A stretch of 52,670 bases of DNA from Chiloscyllium plagiosum (lineage: Eukaryota), in assembly GCF_004010195.1 (NCBI RefSeq), contig NC_057719.1, positions 65,357,751 through 65,410,420 on the forward strand. The letters are read 5' to 3'. Both the position numbers and the translations under genes were made by a program. The notes beneath the pieces are model-generated. The model saw only the letters and a program-made list of their open reading frames with translations, had not been told where the DNA came from and ran no database searches. Within the stretch, counting starts at the first letter, position 1. Each line of letters opens with the position of its first letter. Below, piece after piece: positions 36,961-50,919 of the stretch.

Positions 36961-37049
36961 GAACAACTAATGACAACTTGTAGATGATTTTGTCGGGCTC
37001 AATGGATTTTTGGTGAAACCTAAAGCAAGCTAGAATTCATTAAGATTTG

Positions 37050-37260
37050 AAATGTTGCTACAGGAGCCTGGAACACACTGCCAGGGGAGGTGATAACAGC
37101 AGATATCATAGTGACATTTAACAGACATTTAGACAGATTCCTGAACGGCAGGGAATGGAGGGATGTGGACAATATACAGGCAGATGGGATTACTTTAGAT
37201 TAGCCACCACAGACATTGTGGGCTGAGGGGACTGTGCTGTACTATTCTATGTCCTATGTT
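37050..37260 (+). mobile_element. CR1 LINE 3' end
   Basis: gcctggaacacactgccaggggaggtg..tgtgctgtactattctatgt. Confidence 0.75.
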
Positions 37261-40102
37261 TAAATTTGTCTCATACTGTCAGCAAGATAGTAAACAGTGA
37301 CTCAAATGGGTTGATGAAATTTTTATCATTGCTGTTATTACTAAAGAGTGTTTATATTGTATATGTCAATAAGATTTTCAATAACTCAAACACTTGGGTA
37401 ACCATTTGAGCTCATTGATAAATCTTCAATTGAGCTGACACAGAGTGCTACAGAGTGCTAAGCAATGACAGATTTGAGTCTGATACTAGATACTGAGGAG
37501 GTACGAGTTCGACAGAACATCTTACTTTATTCTCCCGGGAAAAATCCTCAGGACCAATGACCAGCAAGATGCAGTGCTCAAGTGGTATGATTAAGGGAGT
37601 GAACAAGTTGATTTCATCAATACAGCAATCACGGAGAGCAACCAACTTCAGCAAAAACTTACCAGGATGTGGAGAATAAAGATCTGCTGACACAAGTTGG
37701 AGACGAGATGCATAAACGTCAATGGAAGCCACCAATAAGAAGATTGACCAATGTCCAGATATATGGCATATTCTGAAGAAGAACAAGTTGCCTAGTTCAG
37801 AGATGCATGATCCTGGACATTGCAAAAACTTAATTGGCTGTATGAACAGGACAGTCTTCCTCCACAGAGTGAGTATAAGAGATTAAATGTTCTTGCAATG
37901 GAGCAATTGTATGTTTCAACAGAAAAGATATCCTCCACAAAGGAAATCTAATAGATAATTAGTCCTCCCACTGAAAGGGACTTCCAAATCTGTCACTGTC
38001 AGGCCCAGAGACAAAGTCAATTTCAATTCAGGGACGTACCAGTCTTCCAAGAAAATGCATTCTGGGAGCATAGTGAAACCTCCAGAGCATTTGAATTTCT
38101 GAACTCAGCAACTTTAGGGGAGATGGGGTTACGGTAAAAATGATTATATACACAAATGTATAAACATTAATATTGGAAGAAGAGCTTGGGTTGGGGGTAG
38201 ACGTTGTATAAGGGTCTTAAAGTTTTAATAATAAAGATTTCCCGAAGCGCCTCCCATTGCTATGTGATAATGATTTGGAAAGAGGTGCTGAGGATTTTGA
38301 AGGAGAGAGACCTACCCAGCTGGATCTTCATTATAGTATCTGACAATGTGTATATAATTTAGTGTAACATAGTTTTACACAGTTCTTCTCATGTAATAAA
38401 CTGCATCTTGTTTAAGACATAAGTCTCTTCTCATTAGACTATCAAGTAGTTTTCTTTGTTGCACTGGACCAAGTAGTCACTGTAGTTCCCTCTCAAGAAA
38501 GAAGATTGTGGCAGCAAGTTTACCATGTAGCTCATACAACATTGTGAGCAATGGCAAGGATTCATCTTCAAAAGGCTCACATCCCATCAAAGATTTTTTT
38601 AAAACTCTATATCTCTTAAGCAAGCAATGAGAATGAAATATATTATTTATAAAACTTACTGGACTGGAATCAGTGGAAGTTTTCTTTGCATGATCAGTCT
38701 GCATACTTTTTTGATGACATTGGATACAATCTGTTTTATGAACTTGATCTCTAATTAACTATTCTATATAATAAGCCAATTAAAATTTCTCGTTTTAGAT
38801 TTCAAAATATCATCAAAAGTGAACAAGTAAGAACAGGTATACATTAACTTGGTCAGGACTACCTTTTAGTATTAAATGAGCACGTTGCAGTTTGCCAGTG
38901 ATAATTATTTTTACACAACTTGTCCCCTAACCATAAGACATTTGCTTTTTTAACTTATGCAACTTTGTTTATTTGTAGAAAAACCTAGAGTTAATGGAGA
39001 GTCATGCTCATATCTGACATGTTTACCTGTAAGATTGATTTTGCCATTCAAATGGTGTACACTACAGTTTATAGAAACTAAATAATTTAAAGCAAAATTC
39101 ATTAATAGGAAACATAATAGACTCAAAGATGCCAACATTCCTGAGAACTAAATGAATCATTGCCAGTAAAAGTTAATTAATGACGTGCTTTCATTATGGA
39201 AAAGCCGAATTTCTATTGTTCATGCTTATGGCTGCACTGGGGCAAGAGAAAACTGTGTTAAAGTCGTTTAATCAGTGCCACTCAACTCTATAGAAACAGT
39301 AACATTGGATACAGAATTGGATACAGAAGACTGCTTTAAGTAATACATTTTTAAACACGTTTTTGGACTCTTCACACGTTGTGGCTGCACTGCAGATAAA
39401 TCACTTTGAAGTTAAAATGCAGAAGCGTTGAAAATAATCTCTCTCTGACCAAAAATATTTTATATCAGTTGTAAAGAAGACAACTGGTTTAAATATTTTT
39501 CTATACCTACTCAGTGTAAAGTATCTATTCATTTAGAATGTCAAAAACAATTTTCAACATTTTGCCTTCAACGGACATGAGTAGACCAGAAACCTCCAAG
39601 AATGTTGAGGTTTTGTTTAAGAATATTTGTGATGAGAGTCTTGTTGAACTGAAGTTGATTTCCTTGGAGAAAATATGTTGAGAAAGGCCAAGGTCCACAG
39701 CTCTTAACTCATGAGAGAGAGACTTGGATTATGTAAAATTTAGGCAGACTGTTGGACTCTGGCTGGCAGTGCAGAATTATTGACATGGGTACAAAGTGAA
39801 CCAGACTTTGTGTGAGATAAGAGCCCAGGAGGATATTTTCAGAACAGACTGATGGAGGTGTGACATAAACCCCTATTGAAAAAAAAATTCTATATTCCTT
39901 AACTCACTTTTAAAAAGCTGACTGCAGTTAATCAGATAAACTAAGCAGCAGAATAATTCAAAAAATTCTGTCAGCCTTTTTCCTTCAAGTAGATTCTCCC
40001 TGTGTTGACTCCAATTATTCTTAATTCTATTACTGTCCCTGAATTCTCTGATTTTATCGTTTGTTACATGTACCTTTCCTACTTACATTCTTGTTTTTTT
40101 TT

Positions 40103-41726
40103 GTAGGTTTTCAGGAGAATCTTCAAGGAGGAATGAAGAATAGAAAGACAATGAAGCTTCAGGAAAGGATTTCAGAATTTTAGGTCTTGGTTTAGGATCA
40201 ATTATATGATATTGGATCATGGCATGAAACTACTATTAGTCTTATCACATCTCCACTTGGGTAAGAAAGTTGTTAGTTCCAAATGTTTAGAACCGACCCC
40301 ATATTTGTGTTTTGAAGGCCTATTTGCATTGGTGGTAGATGTTTTAAAACCTGATATCAATGCTAGATGGGTGGAGTGTTCAATCCTGGAAGGAGAGAGA
40401 TAAGGAGGGTTGGGACTGGTGAGCATTTGAGTTGGGTCTGATGGCAGATTGTGCCATGGAAGAAGGGATTTATTGTAATGATTACACCACTTGCCATTAT
40501 AAATAGTGTCCATCTCCAGCATGTGCACAAACGCACTCAATGCGTTGGCTCTCCCAAACAAGTTTATGACTTTTAGTGATCCTTTGTTATTGGGTAAGTG
40601 TTTATATGTATTTTCTCCTAGCTTTTCTGCTCTCCTATAACTAACACATTACTGAATTTACTGATGTACAAGGTATGGGCAGTCCTGGGCCAAAGGGTCA
40701 AGTTTCACTGCTTGAGTTCCTTTCCTCCTATTACTACTGTTAACCAGAGAAATCTGCACTCCATTAATAAAGGTTCAAAGCCCAGAGTTCAGTTCATGAT
40801 ATAGATATCATTGGACACCAAACTTAAGTAGCACAAGCAAAATTCTAGCTCTATCTTTGCACAAGTGAATAACAAAGTTACCTGCAAAACCATTTTTGGA
40901 TGTATTTATAGAATATAGCATTAACCATAGGACTGCATCCTATCTACTGCCACTGCCCATGACCCCATCCCCATGTTACAGCAGTTCTCTTCATGTGTGC
41001 GCAGGTTATTTAGTCAATATTCTCCACCTATTTATCCTTCATCATAACAATCTTGTTGACACACTCTTTATATCGACTCACCCTGTCAGTGAATATTAGG
41101 GCTACCTGTTCACAATTTGAGATTGCGCTTAACTCTAAATACTCCTGAAAGCAGATTTCATTTTGTCTTTTCTCAAGAACCTGCCTCTTTATGCTAATTG
41201 TTCATCTGTTATCTCAGTAGGGCATCCCAGGGATGGCTTTGATATGAAGTCGTGCGAACGAAGAATTCCAAAGTTTAACGATCCATCTGGATGTTGCTAA
41301 ATCATCAGTTTGTTTTCCTTCACCCCTTACTCTCTCTAAAACTGTAATGATATTAATTGTTATAACCATGTTTTCTTAGCTGAATTGGATTTAAAATTGC
41401 AGCATCCTGTATTCTTTCACCTCTGTTAATGCACTCCCAGAAGAAATGAAATAAAGTTTGGCAGCAAACCACCTGAGAAGATATCGGGAAAGGTGAAGAA
41501 AACTTGCTTCTTTCTTTAAAAGTAAAAGTAGGTTTTCAGGAGCATCTTCAAGGAGCAAGGAGGAATAGAGAGACAATGAAGCTTAAGGGAAGAACTCCAG
41601 AGCTTAAGGCCTTAGTTTAGGTTCAGTTATATGGCCTGGAATCATGGCATGAAACTACTATTTTGTTTTACCTTATCCCCATCTGGGGAGAAAATTATTT
41701 GTTCCAAATGTTTAGAATTATCCCCA
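40103..41726 (+). repeat. Diverged ~190-bp direct repeat (40103-40290 and 41529-41726)
   Basis: Shared blocks taggttttcaggag.atcttcaaggag, gacaatgaagctt, atcatggcatgaaactactatt and ttccaaatgtttagaa. Confidence 0.85.
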
Positions 41727-41784
41727 CATGCGGACAGTGGTGTTTGTTCTAATAGACTGCTATTATACTATTAAACTAGAGGTG

Positions 41785-41909
41785 GGAGAAAGTGAGGACT
41801 GCAGATGCTGGAGATCAGGATCGAGAGTGTGGTGCTGGAAAAGCACAGCAGGTCCGGCAGCATTTGAGGAGCAGGAGAATCGACGTTTCGGGCATAAGCC
41901 CTTCATCAG
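41785..41909 (-). mobile_element. PLE 3' terminal fragment with tail and intact hammerhead core
   Basis: ggagaaagtgaggactgcagatgctggagatcag tail; reverse CTGATGAAGGGCTTATGCCCGAAACGTC at 41882-41909. Confidence 0.85.
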
Positions 41910-44704
41910 CTCTTAAGCTACTGCTGAGCTTTGCTCGACCTGCAAATCTCCATTGTTGTTTCCATGATGCACCCTTCTCGTATCAGTTAGCCAAGTGACA
42001 TATTTTACTTTCCAAGGAGATGTAAATATACAAGACTGATATGATTACGAATTGGATTGATGCCATTACAATGATTTATGGAGTTTCTCAGTGACCCAAA
42101 GTCGTTTATAGCAACATGTACTGTCCTCAGAATTACTCTTCTTTCATGGAATGAAAAATTGACATCTTTATAGCCAATACTGAGTGATACAGCGAATAGG
42201 AGTCATTTTTGGAAATTACTATATTGCCAAGTCTGTCTATTTAAAATATAAAGAGTAGTGCCAGGAATGTGTTTGTACTCCTTTTGAGCATTTCAAAAAA
42301 GTAACCTTCTTACGAAGGACTTTGTTTGAAGATTGCAAGCAACTGTGTTACAAAATGTGTTGTGACTCACTGCTTTTGGCATTGAATTTGACATTCTGGC
42401 TGCTCTATGTTCTAAGCCTAAATGCCATTTTTCATCTGTTCAAACTCCACCTGATTAAATAACCAATGAGTTTCCTCCTGGATCTTCAAGTCTTCTACAG
42501 TGTTGCAAAATTACAATGAAGGAAAATGGTTATATGAATCCAATGCCAGACCCTTTGGAGGCTAGGTACTTTGCATGGAAGAATGCAAGGGTTCTTTGCC
42601 ATCTGCTGTCAACATGGGGTTCAGTTAGTGAGAAATTGGTTTGAAATTACATTTGCTGACACTCTGACCCTTCCACTGAAGTTGAGATTTCCCAACACAG
42701 TGCTTACCCCAATCTAATCTGGAGCTGTGCTAATAGAAGACAATCTTCACAAGAATTATTTCTTCGAATCATCATTTGGAAGTAAGACAGGTAAATACAT
42801 CAATTCAAATTATACATTCCATTGTATAATTCTTTGGTAACGTGTCGAATAAAATATGAATTTTTGCATAGATGTTTCAAACAATTTACAGATATATAAT
42901 ATAGATATAATATACAAATATACATATTATGGCAGTGCATCAAGTTCATAATTTAGGTTAACTGGGATTCCACAAGTTTAACTCTCCATTTAGGTGTAAA
43001 AAGGCTGACTTTGAAACCAGTGGTTGGATCGGACTTCACCTATGTAATGGGCTTCTGGGTTGGATATTTTCTGACAGGACTTTTTTTATTAGCTTTATTT
43101 GCAAAACAGCTACTTGAACAGAAAATATGCAGCTATGATATTGTGCCCTAAAATTGGCCAATGAAGCTTTTGCTAATGATTATTGGCAAATTTGCAGTTT
43201 AAAGATAGTAAGTTCACCATATTGATTTGTGGTCTCAACAGCTAAACACAAACATCCCAGTGCTGCTGGGGAATATGCATAAATTCTGTGGTGTGTTACT
43301 GGGAAGAGCTGATATTCATCAGAGCACGTCCTGGACCTTGATGTCACCTGGTTCCTCAATCCATCCTGTCTGCTGCCAATCCATCCTCAGTCGATGTCTG
43401 AATGTCATGATGTGTTTGTGATCAATAGGATATACAGAGTAAGCAGCAATCCAGCTCTCCACATACAGCATTAGAGAAGTGACAGACTCTTACTCCCCCG
43501 TCCATCATTTTATTACCATAAATTCTATCCTCCTTCTGAAGCAAGACCACATGAGGTATTGCAACCAAGGTTTTGGACTCTCTGTCAATCCAGAAAGCTT
43601 ATATGGAAATGGTAAGTACGCCTTGAAATTCACTATGTTTGTAGATTTCTCTTTCACTAAGAATGGAGAAGACTGGTCATTGAACATATGCAAGGTTATG
43701 TGAGTAGGATATTTTACTGATGAGAGTTAAAACAAGAACTCTTTATGACTGTATGGAATTGGGGCTACACACTGATCAGCCATGATCTTATTGAATGGTT
43801 GAGCAAGCTCAAGGGATTGAATGGCCTATACCTGCACCTATTTAATATGGTATTGTTTTCACTCATTACTAAATTCTTCACCAGACATGGGAGTCTAGTC
43901 TATTTTATATGCAAGTTAATGTGCAGATTTAACTATCCCTACAATTGTCCCCTGAAGTCAGATCTAGGGAGGAACTGACATTGTTTAATTTGCCATAATG
44001 TGCTGAGGTAATTAATTTGTCATGTCTAACATCAATAAAAATACTGTTTAAGTTTTCTAAAGACTTGATTTAGAATTAAGATTAATCTGACTCAATTTCC
44101 TGCTTCCTCCTGTACTATACCCTGTAAATTAGAACTTGCTGCCTTAGGGTGGCTGTTCTTTTGCTTTCTACAATTCTTGAGAATTTATTATTACTGTTTG
44201 TATTTTAGTGCAGTGTGAAACAGCTCAGTTCTTCCTACATAGCGGTCCTAAATTATTGCAAACTATATTGGTCCACACGAATCATTGTATGATTCAAGTT
44301 ACTTTTCAAGTCATTGTCATGCAGTTTATAATTAGTAGAAATATTCTTCCTGAATGTGTACAATGCAAAAACACCAAGACTGCTTTCCTCTATAAGATAC
44401 ACCTTGACTTGTTGCAGGTTTGCTGGAAGCTATAGTAAAGAACCAATGATTGTACTTCCCTGGGCAATGTATTTTCTGTGATAATAACCACATCGCTCCT
44501 GGTTTAGGTGGAGGTAGGAAACATCCTGCTGGAAGACCCTTGGTGAATGAGTCATCCTGTTGACAGTCAGAATGGGTGCTGAGGAATTCAATTCTGTGGC
44601 CATAGAATCTTAAAACATTGACCCTATTCCCATTCTTTGAAGGAGATACTCATGAATACCACACTTTAGTATTTTTCACATAACTCCACAAATTAATCCT
44701 CTTC

Positions 44705-44820
44705 ATAGAGTCACAGAACCATAGAGATATACAGCATGGAAACAAACTGTTCAGTCCAACTCATCCATGCCAACTAGATATCCCACATTAATCTAGTCCC
44801 ATTTGCCAGCACTCAGACCA
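44705..44820 (-). mobile_element. CR1 3' UTR fragment
   Basis: catagagtcacagaaccatagagatatacagcatggaaac, homologous to 45130 onward. Confidence 0.75.
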
Positions 44821-45129
44821 TGAACAGATCCAATTTCTGATTCAACCACATGGTCTGATTGCATGATCCAGATTTCATTTGCTCTCACTCTCATTCTCTG
44901 AGATGTGATTTTCACAATCTTAAGTGTCAATTGATAATCTAATGCTAAATTCTTGCAGTAATCAATACTTGCTCTGATGATCTTTACATTGACATTTGGA
45001 GTAAAATGATACATTAACTTGTGAAATGATCTAGTACTAATTAGAGTCTTACTAGCATAATGCAGGTTGCAACTTTATAAAACCTTTGCTGTGTTTAAGG
45101 TTGTAAGTCTGTTGTGAATTGATCACTTT

Positions 45130-45724
45130 ATAGAGTCACAGAGTCATAGAGATGTACAGCATGGAAACAGACCCTTCAATCCAACCCGTCCATGCTGACC
45201 AGATATCCCAACCCAATCTAGTTCCACCTGCTAGCACCTGGCCCATATCCCTCCAAACCCTTCCTATACATATATCCATCCAAATGCCTCTTAAATGTTG
45301 CAATTGTACCATCCTCCACCACATCCTCTGGCAGCTCATTCCACACATGTACCATCCTCTGCGTGAAAAAGTTGCCCCTTAGGTCTCTTTTATATCTTTC
45401 CCCTCTCATCCTAAACTTACGCCGTCTAGTTCTGGATTTCCCCACCCCAAGAGAATAAATCTTTGTCTATTTATCCTATCCATGCCCCTCATAATTTTGT
45501 AAACCTTTATAAAGTCACCCCTCAGCCTCCGACGCTCCAGGGAAAACAGCCCCAGCCTGTTCAGCCTCTCCCTGTAGCTCAAATCCTCCAACCCTGGCAA
45601 CATCCTTGTAAATCTTTTCTGTACCCTTTCAAGTTTCACAACATCTTTCTGATAGGAAAGAGACCAGAATTGCCCGCAATATTCCAACAGTGGCCTAACC
45701 AATGTCCTGTACAGCCGCAACATG
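45130..45724 (-). mobile_element. CR1 LINE 3' fragment
   Basis: LRLYRTLVRPLLEYCGQFWS..LGLFSLERRRLRGD; VWNELPEDVVE. Confidence 0.93.
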
Positions 45725-47124
45725 TAGTTTTGCACCATTTTTAAACCTCTGACAGGTCTGTTTTGTGCATGTTTATTGGTTGTTTTCTGTGTTTAATTGA
45801 AATTCAGTCAGAATCCAATCACATTCACATACATAGGTTGGCGTGGGGTGGGAGGCTAGCGAGGCGGAGCTGCAATATTATTTCTGTTTTTATTGCAAGT
45901 TTTAAAGACTATCCTCCTAAGGAATGCAACAAGAGAATATGTTTGTTATTATACAATTACAAATTGCATTAAATCAAAATAAAAATTGTGATGGATTTAT
46001 TCATAGATTTCAGCTGTAGGCTTGGTTGTGTAATTGGCATAAACAATTTCAAGAGAGTACATTTTTTTGCACTAAAGAGCTTCAAACCAAATTTATCCAT
46101 GTTCTATAAACTGTTTCAAAACATATCCTTTCCAAAGTATTCCTGGTATTCTTTGCTTCTGTGTTTAAATAGACATTTTAAAGTTACTGACTGCTGCTAT
46201 CTTTGTTGGAAGCTTTTAAAAAAAATTGTAAAGGAAGTTATGGATACATGGTCATCATTTGTATGAAGATTTCCATGATTTGTAGTTTCTGAATGCAATA
46301 CAAAATATCCTTGGATAAACAGCGTTTTATATTAAATCATGAAGCCTGAAGACAGAACTAGGGAGTTTATTTTATGCAACACAGAAGTAGATTCTGTTTG
46401 ATGTAATTGGCTGTAATTTGCTCACAGCATTCCAGCTGTTTTGAATAAATATGCTTGAGTCATGACGCTGCCCATTTAATTATTTTTGTGATTTCTTTTC
46501 TTCTTGTTTTGGTGGAATAATTTAGCAAAACTTGTTAGTTACAGAGCATCTTGTTGGAATGCAGTCTCTTGGCTGGATTTAGCTGTTGCTGGTGATAAAA
46601 CGATGTCTTATATTAAGTAATATACAAAGCAGCTTTCCTTCCACTGAATGCTCTTGGGGCAAATCAGGGTTTACCAGTAGCAAGTAACAACAAGTGAATT
46701 GCATTACTCCTTCAGAACTCTTTCAGCTGAACATTGCCACCAAATAGTAGAAGCAATGTTGGGCATTAGCTGCTTAAAGATTTTATTTCATACTTTTTGC
46801 CCAATTCTTCCATTGCTGTGTTATTTGGTGTGTGCTCTTTTTCTTTAGTGGGTCAATGGGTGTCCATTTCATAGGCATTATAATGTCTAATGGGGGACAA
46901 AGATTCCCTGGTACATTCCCCAAAGCATATTCCTAACCACTCAGTTAACTTATCAACAAACCAGCTCCCTTTTTTTCATGCAGTTTTAAATTGTTGTTCC
47001 TTTTAGAATTTGGCATTATTGCATCTGAGTAGATAAGTGTAAAGTGAAAAGCTTCAAAAGCATGTCTTTTTGTTTATCAGCAATGCTTAATTTCTACATT
47101 ACCAAGTGACTATTTCTTGGAATA

Positions 47125-47435
47125 CTGGGAAGATGTTTCATGTTGTGGACTAATCTCAAACTAAGGAGTTGAGTTTAAAAGTAAGGTGTCTCCCATTTAA
47201 GACAGAGATGAGCAGGGATTTATATTCTTAAAAGGCCATTAATCTTTGGAATAATTTGGTGGAGAGAGCAGTGGAATCTGAGTCATTGGGTATATACAAA
47301 GCATAGACATGGGAATCATTGATTATGGGCAGGAGTGTGAAGTTAAGGCCACAATCATTTCAGTCATGATCGAATAGAATGATGGTGGAAGGTTCAATGG
47401 GCAGACTGTTGATCCCTAATATCCACGATCTCATA
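47125..47435 (+). mobile_element. Old CR1 3' fragment
   Basis: ccatttaagacagagatgag..aatctttggaat..cagtcatgatc. Confidence 0.6.
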
Positions 47436-47626
47436 ATCTGCTGCTCTAATAGGAATTCCCCTCGGATATGGCAGGATTTGTAAAACAAGCACAGCCTACT
47501 TAGAATCAAAGCAAACAAACTCTGGCATTATCTGTGAAGAGAGAGCAGTGAACACTTTGAGTCCAGTGACGCTACTTCAGAATTAACTTAGTATTATACC
47601 TGTTTCTAGATGAGGCAGGAGGAGGA

Positions 47627-48220
47627 GTGACCACCAACAGGAGACCATTTCCTCCTGTGGAGATTAGTGAGCAATTCTCCAACCCAAACACCTGCAAAGA
47701 ACAGTGTGTCAGATCTCTGTGTCGTACTAAGAACATTCTCACAGAAGTCTGCAAGCTCTTGCAACCAGACCTGCAATCTCAGAGCAGGGCAAAGCTGACC
47801 ATGTCCATGAATATTGATGCAGCATGCACTTACCAGACAAATGCAAACAAAGTTTGCAGTATATCTCAGTTTACCATCTATTACTATTGCAAAAGGGAGG
47901 CTGGGAACATTTCACTGCCCCTTAGCAGAAAGCAGACCAAATACTGCAGGCTTAGCCATGATGTAAAACCCCATCAGATACATGCCAATAACTTTGAAAG
48001 AAGTATCTGTTGACTCTGAGATGAACTGAAAGAGAAATGGCTTCCCCTGCTCTGATATCTAGTTTGTATGACCATTCATAAAGAATTGTACCATCAATGC
48101 CCAGTTTTACGCCCACAATGCATTCATTTTGTGATGGTCTGCTTTGCACATTTCATATGAGTCACAATTGCAATCCAGAGTTTGGCCATTGTGAGCCAAG
48201 GGCTATCACCTGAAAACAAG
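47627..48220 (+). mobile_element. PIF/Harbinger transposase relic (N-terminal half)
   Basis: ORF RRPFPP..EQFS..KEQCVRSLCRTKNILTEVCKLLQPDLQSQSRA..ISQFTI, then INAQF, HNAFIL and KGYHLK in Harbinger order; truncated by CR1. Confidence 0.8.
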
Positions 48221-48231
48221 GCTGATAAATC

Positions 48232-49560
48232 TGCGAGAATTCTTTGAGGAAGTAACGAACAGGTTAGATCAAGGTGAGCCAATGAATATTATCTACCTGA
48301 ACTTCAAGAAGGCCTTTGACAAGGTGCTGCGCAGGAGGCTATTGAGTAGGATAGGGGCCCATGGTGTCAGAGGCAAGGTGCTAGCCTGGATAGAAGCTGG
48401 CTGTCTAGCAGATAGCAGAGAGTGGTGATAAAAGGGTTATTCTCAGGATAGCAGCCAGTGACAAGTGGTGTTCCACAAGGCTCAGTGTTGGGACCATAAC
48501 TTTACACTTTAAACATTAACAATCTGGATGAAGGAACTGAGGACATTCTGGCTAAGTTTTCAGATGATACAAAGATAGGGAGAGGGTCATGTAGCATTGC
48601 AGAGGCAGGGAGGCTGCAGAAGGATTTGGACAGGTTAGGAGAGTGGGCAAAAAAGTGGCAGATAAAGAACAATGTGGGAAAGTGTAAGGTCATACACTTT
48701 GGTAGGAAGAACAGAGGCATGGACTAATTTCTAAATGGTGAGAAAATTCAGAAGTCTGAAGTGCAAAGAGACTTGGGAGTTCTAGTCCAGGATTCTGTCA
48801 AGGTAAACTTGCAGGCTAAGTCAATAGTTTGGAAGGCACATGCAATGGTGGCATTTACTTCGAGAGGACTTGAATATAAAAACAGGGATGTACTTCTGAG
48901 TCTTGTGTGCAGTGTTGACCCCCACATCTCAAAAAGGATGTATCGGCACTGGAGCATGTTCTGAGGAGGTTCATGAGAATTGTCCCAGGAATGAAAAGCT
49001 TAACATATGAGGAATGTTTAAAGATGCTGGGTCTATATGGAGTTTAGAAGGAAAAGGGGGGATCTAATTGAAACAGAATACTGAATGATCTGGAGAGAGT
49101 AGATGTTGGGAGGATGTTTCCGTTAGTAGGATCGACTCGGACCCAAGAGCACAGCCATAGAGTAAAGGGAATACCTTTTAGAACGGGGTTAAGGAGAAAC
49201 TTCTTCAGCCAGAGGGTGGTGAATCTGTTGAATTCACTGCCACAGAAGGCTGTGGAGGCCAGTTCATTGAATATATTTAAGACTGAAATAGATAGATTCT
49301 TGATTGTGAAGGGGATTAAGGGTTACGGGGAGAAAGCCACAATTGAATGGCAGGAGAGACAAAAAGTCTGCAGTTGCTAGAATCCAAGGTCGGCCAGCAG
49401 GAGGCAGCATCAGGAGATAGAGAAGTTAATATTTCAGGTGTAACCCTTCTTAAGAACTGTTGACTTCTTCACCTCCTGATGCTGCCCATGATTGAATGGC
49501 AGAGCAGACTTGATGGGCTGAATGGCCTAATTTCTGTTCCTATATCTTATGTTCTTATGA
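48232..49560 (+). mobile_element. CR1 LINE (RT to 3' end, degenerate)
   Basis: KAFDKV; VTSGVPQGSVLGP; KFSDDTKIG; QRDLGVLV; FFSQRVVNLLNSLP. Confidence 0.92.
49354..49486. mobile_element. Collapsed palindromic PLE remnant inside CR1 3' UTR
   Basis: ggcagcatcaggag..gaagttaa versus ttgacttc..ctcctgatgctgcc; flanks repeat attgaatggcag. Confidence 0.6.
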
Positions 49561-50444
49561 TCTTACATCTCCTGCATGGCTCCTGTTTCTCACTTCCATT
49601 GTGAAAATCTGTCCCGAGGTATCTGCACCTGCTTAATGGTGGAATGAAGTGTCTGCATATTTTTCACAATGGATGACTGGGATTGAGTCTGTCTTGCATA
49701 CAAGCTCATTGGGTTTCTCGTTAAGTGCAGCATTAATTATTTTCCTATATAGTGAATGAAGGGTTTGCTGTGGGCTTTATTGAATTGGTTAGAATTGATG
49801 AACTGGCTAAATGTCAAAGCCAGATCCACTCAACGTAATTATATTTCAGGTCACAGAAGAGATTTTAAACTTTGCTTTCAAAAATTCAGTTTACAGCCAA
49901 AGCAGAATTGAATGCAAATGTGAACAAATGTGCATTTACAAACTGTGCAGACGCTCAGAAAGCCATTCACTCTGCCTTGCCACCGCCCACTCGACTGGCA
50001 GCCATTTAGTGAAACTGAACTGTTTGCATGCACTCTCGTGTACGTGTCTGTTGACTTAAAATTTGCTGACTTCTTTGTGCAATTGGTGACCTTAATTTCC
50101 TGATGAGACTGCAGGAAGGACTCGACTGAAGTCCTCTCATGAAAATATAAAAAAATAAGAAAAAATGTCTTGAGGGTTTTTTCAATCAAAAGTCTAGGAG
50201 GTCATCAATGGAAAATAAGACAGTACTGAGTCTTCCATCAACTTCACACATCAAACATGTGCCTGTCCTTTTATGGTTGGAAGAGGTTTAAATATTTGGG
50301 TGTGTTGCCCTGTTGTCAGGACAACATTAGTATTCAACTAAAGTCTGGATGCCTTGATTTACATCAGGATGGTTGTGCAGTATGGCCAACTGTAATTGTT
50401 TTGTATTTTATACCCCTGTAGAGTATAGAAACTACAGAAAGCAG

Positions 50445-50905
50445 AGAATAAGATGCTGAAATCTATCTGGTCATTTCCAAAGCTTAATCCCTGCAATTAA
50501 CATTTTCTAGATTATCTATCCAAATCTCCCTTTAAGTGTTTCCAAATTCAGTGCTCCATCAGTGACAGCCCATTCCAATATGTTGGAGACATAGAGCATA
50601 GAGTAGTTAAATCCAAACTGCCCAATTTCCATCTTCTGAGCTTCAGCCCTTGACTCTAGTTCCAGTGTTTGTGTAGTTCATTGTGCTTTTCGACACTGCC
50701 TCAATTCTAGCCATGCAATGGTGACCGAAATTATAACGTGTTCAGTAGGTTTGCTGTTCCAATGCCTTGTGCCAATATGAACTCAGTTCTGGGCAATTGT
50801 ATCCCCATTCCCTTGACAATACGTCCCAAAGACTATCTTGTTTTCCTTATGCCAACAGCACAGTGCATTACTAATTTCACAGAGTACAACAAACCCAGAT
50901 CCTTT
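50445..50905 (-). mobile_element. Old CR1 fragment
   Basis: Degenerate reverse CR1 3' region ending acaaacccagatcc. Confidence 0.5.
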
Positions 50906-50919
50906 TAAAAACTAAAAGA

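Noticed and set aside
38477..38704. Minus-strand ORF ending GCEPFEDESLPLLTMLYELHGKLAATIFFLERELQ as an exon
   Set aside because: No recognisable family and no convincing splice sites
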